Source: Chloroflexota bacterium
GTDB lineage: Bacteria > Chloroflexota > Limnocylindria > QHBO01
Length of the DNA stretch: 33,324 bases
Direction of reading: 5' to 3'
NCBI GenBank assembly: GCA_040005815.1
Contig: JBDTYC010000002.1
Span: forward strand, 1-33,324
The notes under the pieces were generated by a model. The model saw nothing but the letters and a program-made list of their open reading frames with translations, had not been told where the DNA came from and made no database searches. Every line of letters begins with the position of its first letter. Position 1 is the first letter of the stretch. The position numbers were made by a program, and so were the translations under genes. Positions 31,694 to 33,324 of the stretch are shown in pieces.

Positions 31694-32560
31694 CTAGGCG
31701 AGGCCGTCCCACAGCCCGGACTCGCGCTGTGGCCCGCTCCCGCCCGCTGCGAGAGGCAGGTTCGACGCGGCGAGCCGGTAGTGCTCCGTGCCAAGGAAGG
31801 CATCCCGCACCTCAGGCCGCCAATCGTGGAATGGGCCCGCGGACCCGGTCTGCGAGACGTGGCGACGAATCGCGCCGAGCTTGACCTGCGCCAGCTCGCC
31901 GAGCTCGAGCGTCAGCGTGTCGGTGCCGTCCGGCGACCCGTAGCTCTCGGGAGATCGATCGCCGAGCGCCTGCAGGGTCGAGCTGGGGACGACCAGCTGG
32001 TAGAGCTTCGCGGCGCGCCAGGCAACCTGGTCCTCCTCCAGGTCGTCCTCGTACGCCAGCGGCTCGGCGGCGCGCTCGAAGGCGAGCTGCGTGGCGCGGC
32101 CGACGACGACGTGATCGGGGTCGCCGGTGACGCCGTCCGGTCCGAAGGTCAGGATCACCTCCGGCCGGTGCATGCGGATCGGCTGCACGATGCGGCCAAC
32201 CAGCTCGTCGAGGTCGACCTTGGCGAGGCCCTCCTCGGCGTAGTCGAGCATGCGCAGGACGCGCACCCCCAGCAGCCCCACCGAGCGGCGCAGCTCGTCC
32301 TCGCGGACGGTGTCCAGGTTCCGCCAGACCACCGGCTTCTGGTAGGAGCGATTGCGGCCGCCGGGGGCGGGGGCCCGGTCGAGGAGCCGCCGATCAAAGG
32401 CGCCGCGGGTGGCGCAGACCACCACGGTGTACGCACCTGAGGCCGCCGCGTGGGCGATCGCACCGCCGAATCCGAACGCCTCGTCGCCCGGATGGGCGAC
32501 CACGACCATCAGGCTGCGGGCAGGGTTCCGCTCCCGGACCGGCCGCCAGATCGAGGACAC
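31694..32560 (-). CDS. PIG-L/LmbE family deacetylase (MshB/BshB-like) with an AHPGDE motif variant
   Basis: 288 aa. VVVAHPGDEAFGFGG corresponds to the family AHPDDE motif and GDPDH to the second metal motif. GTG 32560 lies 7 nt below TAGACT. Confidence 0.85.
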   Translation of the reverse strand: MSSIWRPVRERNPARSLMVVVAHPGDEAFGFGGAIAHAAASGAYTVVVCATRGAFDRRLLDRAPAPGGRNRSYQKPVVWRNLDTVREDELRRSVGLLGVRVLRMLDYAEEGLAKVDLDELVGRIVQPIRMHRPEVILTFGPDGVTGDPDHVVVGRATQLAFERAAEPLAYEDDLEEDQVAWRAAKLYQLVVPSSTLQALGDRSPESYGSPDGTDTLTLELGELAQVKLGAIRRHVSQTGSAGPFHDWRPEVRDAFLGTEHYRLAASNLPLAAGGSGPQRESGLWDGLA

Positions 32561-32567
32561 GGCCGGG

Positions 32568-32573
32568 AGTCTA
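32568..32573 (-). promoter_or_regulatory. -10-like TAGACT, 7 nt upstream of GTG 32560 (PIG-L gene, leaderless candidate)
   Basis: The minus strand reads gctgaTAGACTcccggccGTG, immediately after the stop of the upstream deaminase gene. Confidence 0.5.
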
Positions 32574-32578
32574 TCAGC

Positions 32579-33324
32579 CTAGACCTCGATCTCGAGGGCG
32601 ATCGGCGCGCCCACAACGGATGCCTCGAGCGGCGGCGGCCCATCGGCCAGGAAGGAGGCCGCATGGGCCGTCTCGATCGCCTGAGCGATCTCGTCCGGGG
32701 TCATCATCTCGGTCCGAAGCATCAGCGCCAGCTCATCGCGAAGGTGGGTGCGCAGCATCTCGGGCCCATCTGTCGAAAGCGTGAACGGGACCGCGTGGTC
32801 GATGAGCGACCGCAGGATGAAGCGCATCTCCGCAACGTTGCGGACGACCCGGGTGGTGAGGTTCGAGGATGGGCACACCTCGAGCACGATCCCACGCTCA
32901 CGAAGCATCCCCATCACCGCGGGGTCGTAGGCACTCTTGATGCCATGCCCGATGCGCGTGGGCTCGAGAGCCTCGATCGCCTCGCGCACCTCCTCGGGTC
33001 CGCCCGTCTCACCTGCGTGCACAGTAACGCCCAACCCGGAGCGCCGGCATTCGTCGAAGAGGTCGCGATAGTCGGCGAACCGGAAGGCCCGATCGACCGG
33101 TCCGGCGATATCAACCGCTACCACTCCGCGGCTGTGCCAGCTGATCGCCTTGGCCGCGATGATCTCGTTCAGGTCACGGCTGAAGGCGCGGTCGAGGCAG
33201 AAGATCAGGCCAGCACGAACCTGCGGGTACTCGAGCACGGCCCGGTCCATGCCTCGCACGGCGGCCGCAATGATGTGGTCGAGATCCTGCTCGCCGCCCC
33301 GGTTCCGCTTCATCGGGTTGAAGC
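32579..33324 (-). CDS. Adenosine deaminase family protein, C-terminal ~248 codons (5' end beyond the right edge)
   Basis: Motifs are VTVHAGE, IGHG and FTLSTDG. The frame is open from the window edge (..FNPMKRNRGG..), so the track ATG 33313 is internal. The N-terminal HxH metal motif is not in the window. Confidence 0.8.
   Translation of the reverse strand, partial: FNPMKRNRGGEQDLDHIIAAAVRGMDRAVLEYPQVRAGLIFCLDRAFSRDLNEIIAAKAISWHSRGVVAVDIAGPVDRAFRFADYRDLFDECRRSGLGVTVHAGETGGPEEVREAIEALEPTRIGHGIKSAYDPAVMGMLRERGIVLEVCPSSNLTTRVVRNVAEMRFILRSLIDHAVPFTLSTDGPEMLRTHLRDELALMLRTEMMTPDEIAQAIETAHAASFLADGPPPLEASVVGAPIALEIEV

Noticed and set aside
1-33324. A search for CRISPR repeats, IS elements or terminal inverted repeats, integrases, toxin-antitoxin pairs and known defence-system genes.
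   Set aside because: None was seen. There are no regularly spaced direct repeats, no transposase- or recombinase-like ORFs and no compositional break. The window looks like core chromosome.

Overview
This is a high-G+C, very gene-dense bacterial chromosomal segment. Its style resembles Actinobacteriota or Chloroflexota genomes, but taxonomy cannot be assigned from this sequence alone. I call 33 protein-coding genes (two cut by the window edges; 24 on the minus strand) and one tRNA-His. One of the CDS is a 27-codon ORF absent from the supplied ORF track. I see no rRNA, CRISPR array, transposase, integrase, prophage or recognisable defence or toxin-antitoxin module.

Gene content from left to right:
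- ECF sigma factor fragment
- DUF2652/SRPBCC fusion protein
- PPC (DUF296) protein
- MacB-type ABC exporter (ATPase plus 840-aa double-FtsX permease)
- secreted CAP/SCP protein
- small hydrophobic ORF
- tRNA-His
- GlsB/YeaQ stress protein
- Rieske-like membrane protein
- ABC-2 exporter
- NUDIX hydrolase
- a tightly coupled glgC / YbjN-like / M1-like (HQxxH) / NAPRTase / TPR operon
- class A PBP
- coiled-coil M23 peptidase
- A24 prepilin peptidase
- PepA
- Ala-rich membrane protein
- adenosine deaminase
- HAD-IIA phosphatase
- four-gene BMP-family nucleoside-type ABC importer
- metallophosphoesterase
- Mrp/ApbC
- PIG-L deacetylase
- a second, edge-truncated adenosine deaminase-family gene

The long antisense ORFs in the track are typical high-GC artefacts and I reject them.

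I found no convincing novel multi-gene system. The points most worth a second look are:
- a recurrent TANNNT hexamer 6-8 nt upstream of start codons, implying widespread leaderless mRNAs and revising several ORF-track starts
- the small hydrophobic ORF convergent with tRNA-His
- an M1-like protein with HQxxH in place of HExxH, translationally coupled to a YbjN-like protein
- a Rieske-like domain lacking all four cluster ligands
- an unusual poly-Gly plus C-terminal anchor tail on the PBP
- active-site variants in the PIG-L gene and the second deaminase gene

All functional calls rest on motif recognition by eye. No database search was run.
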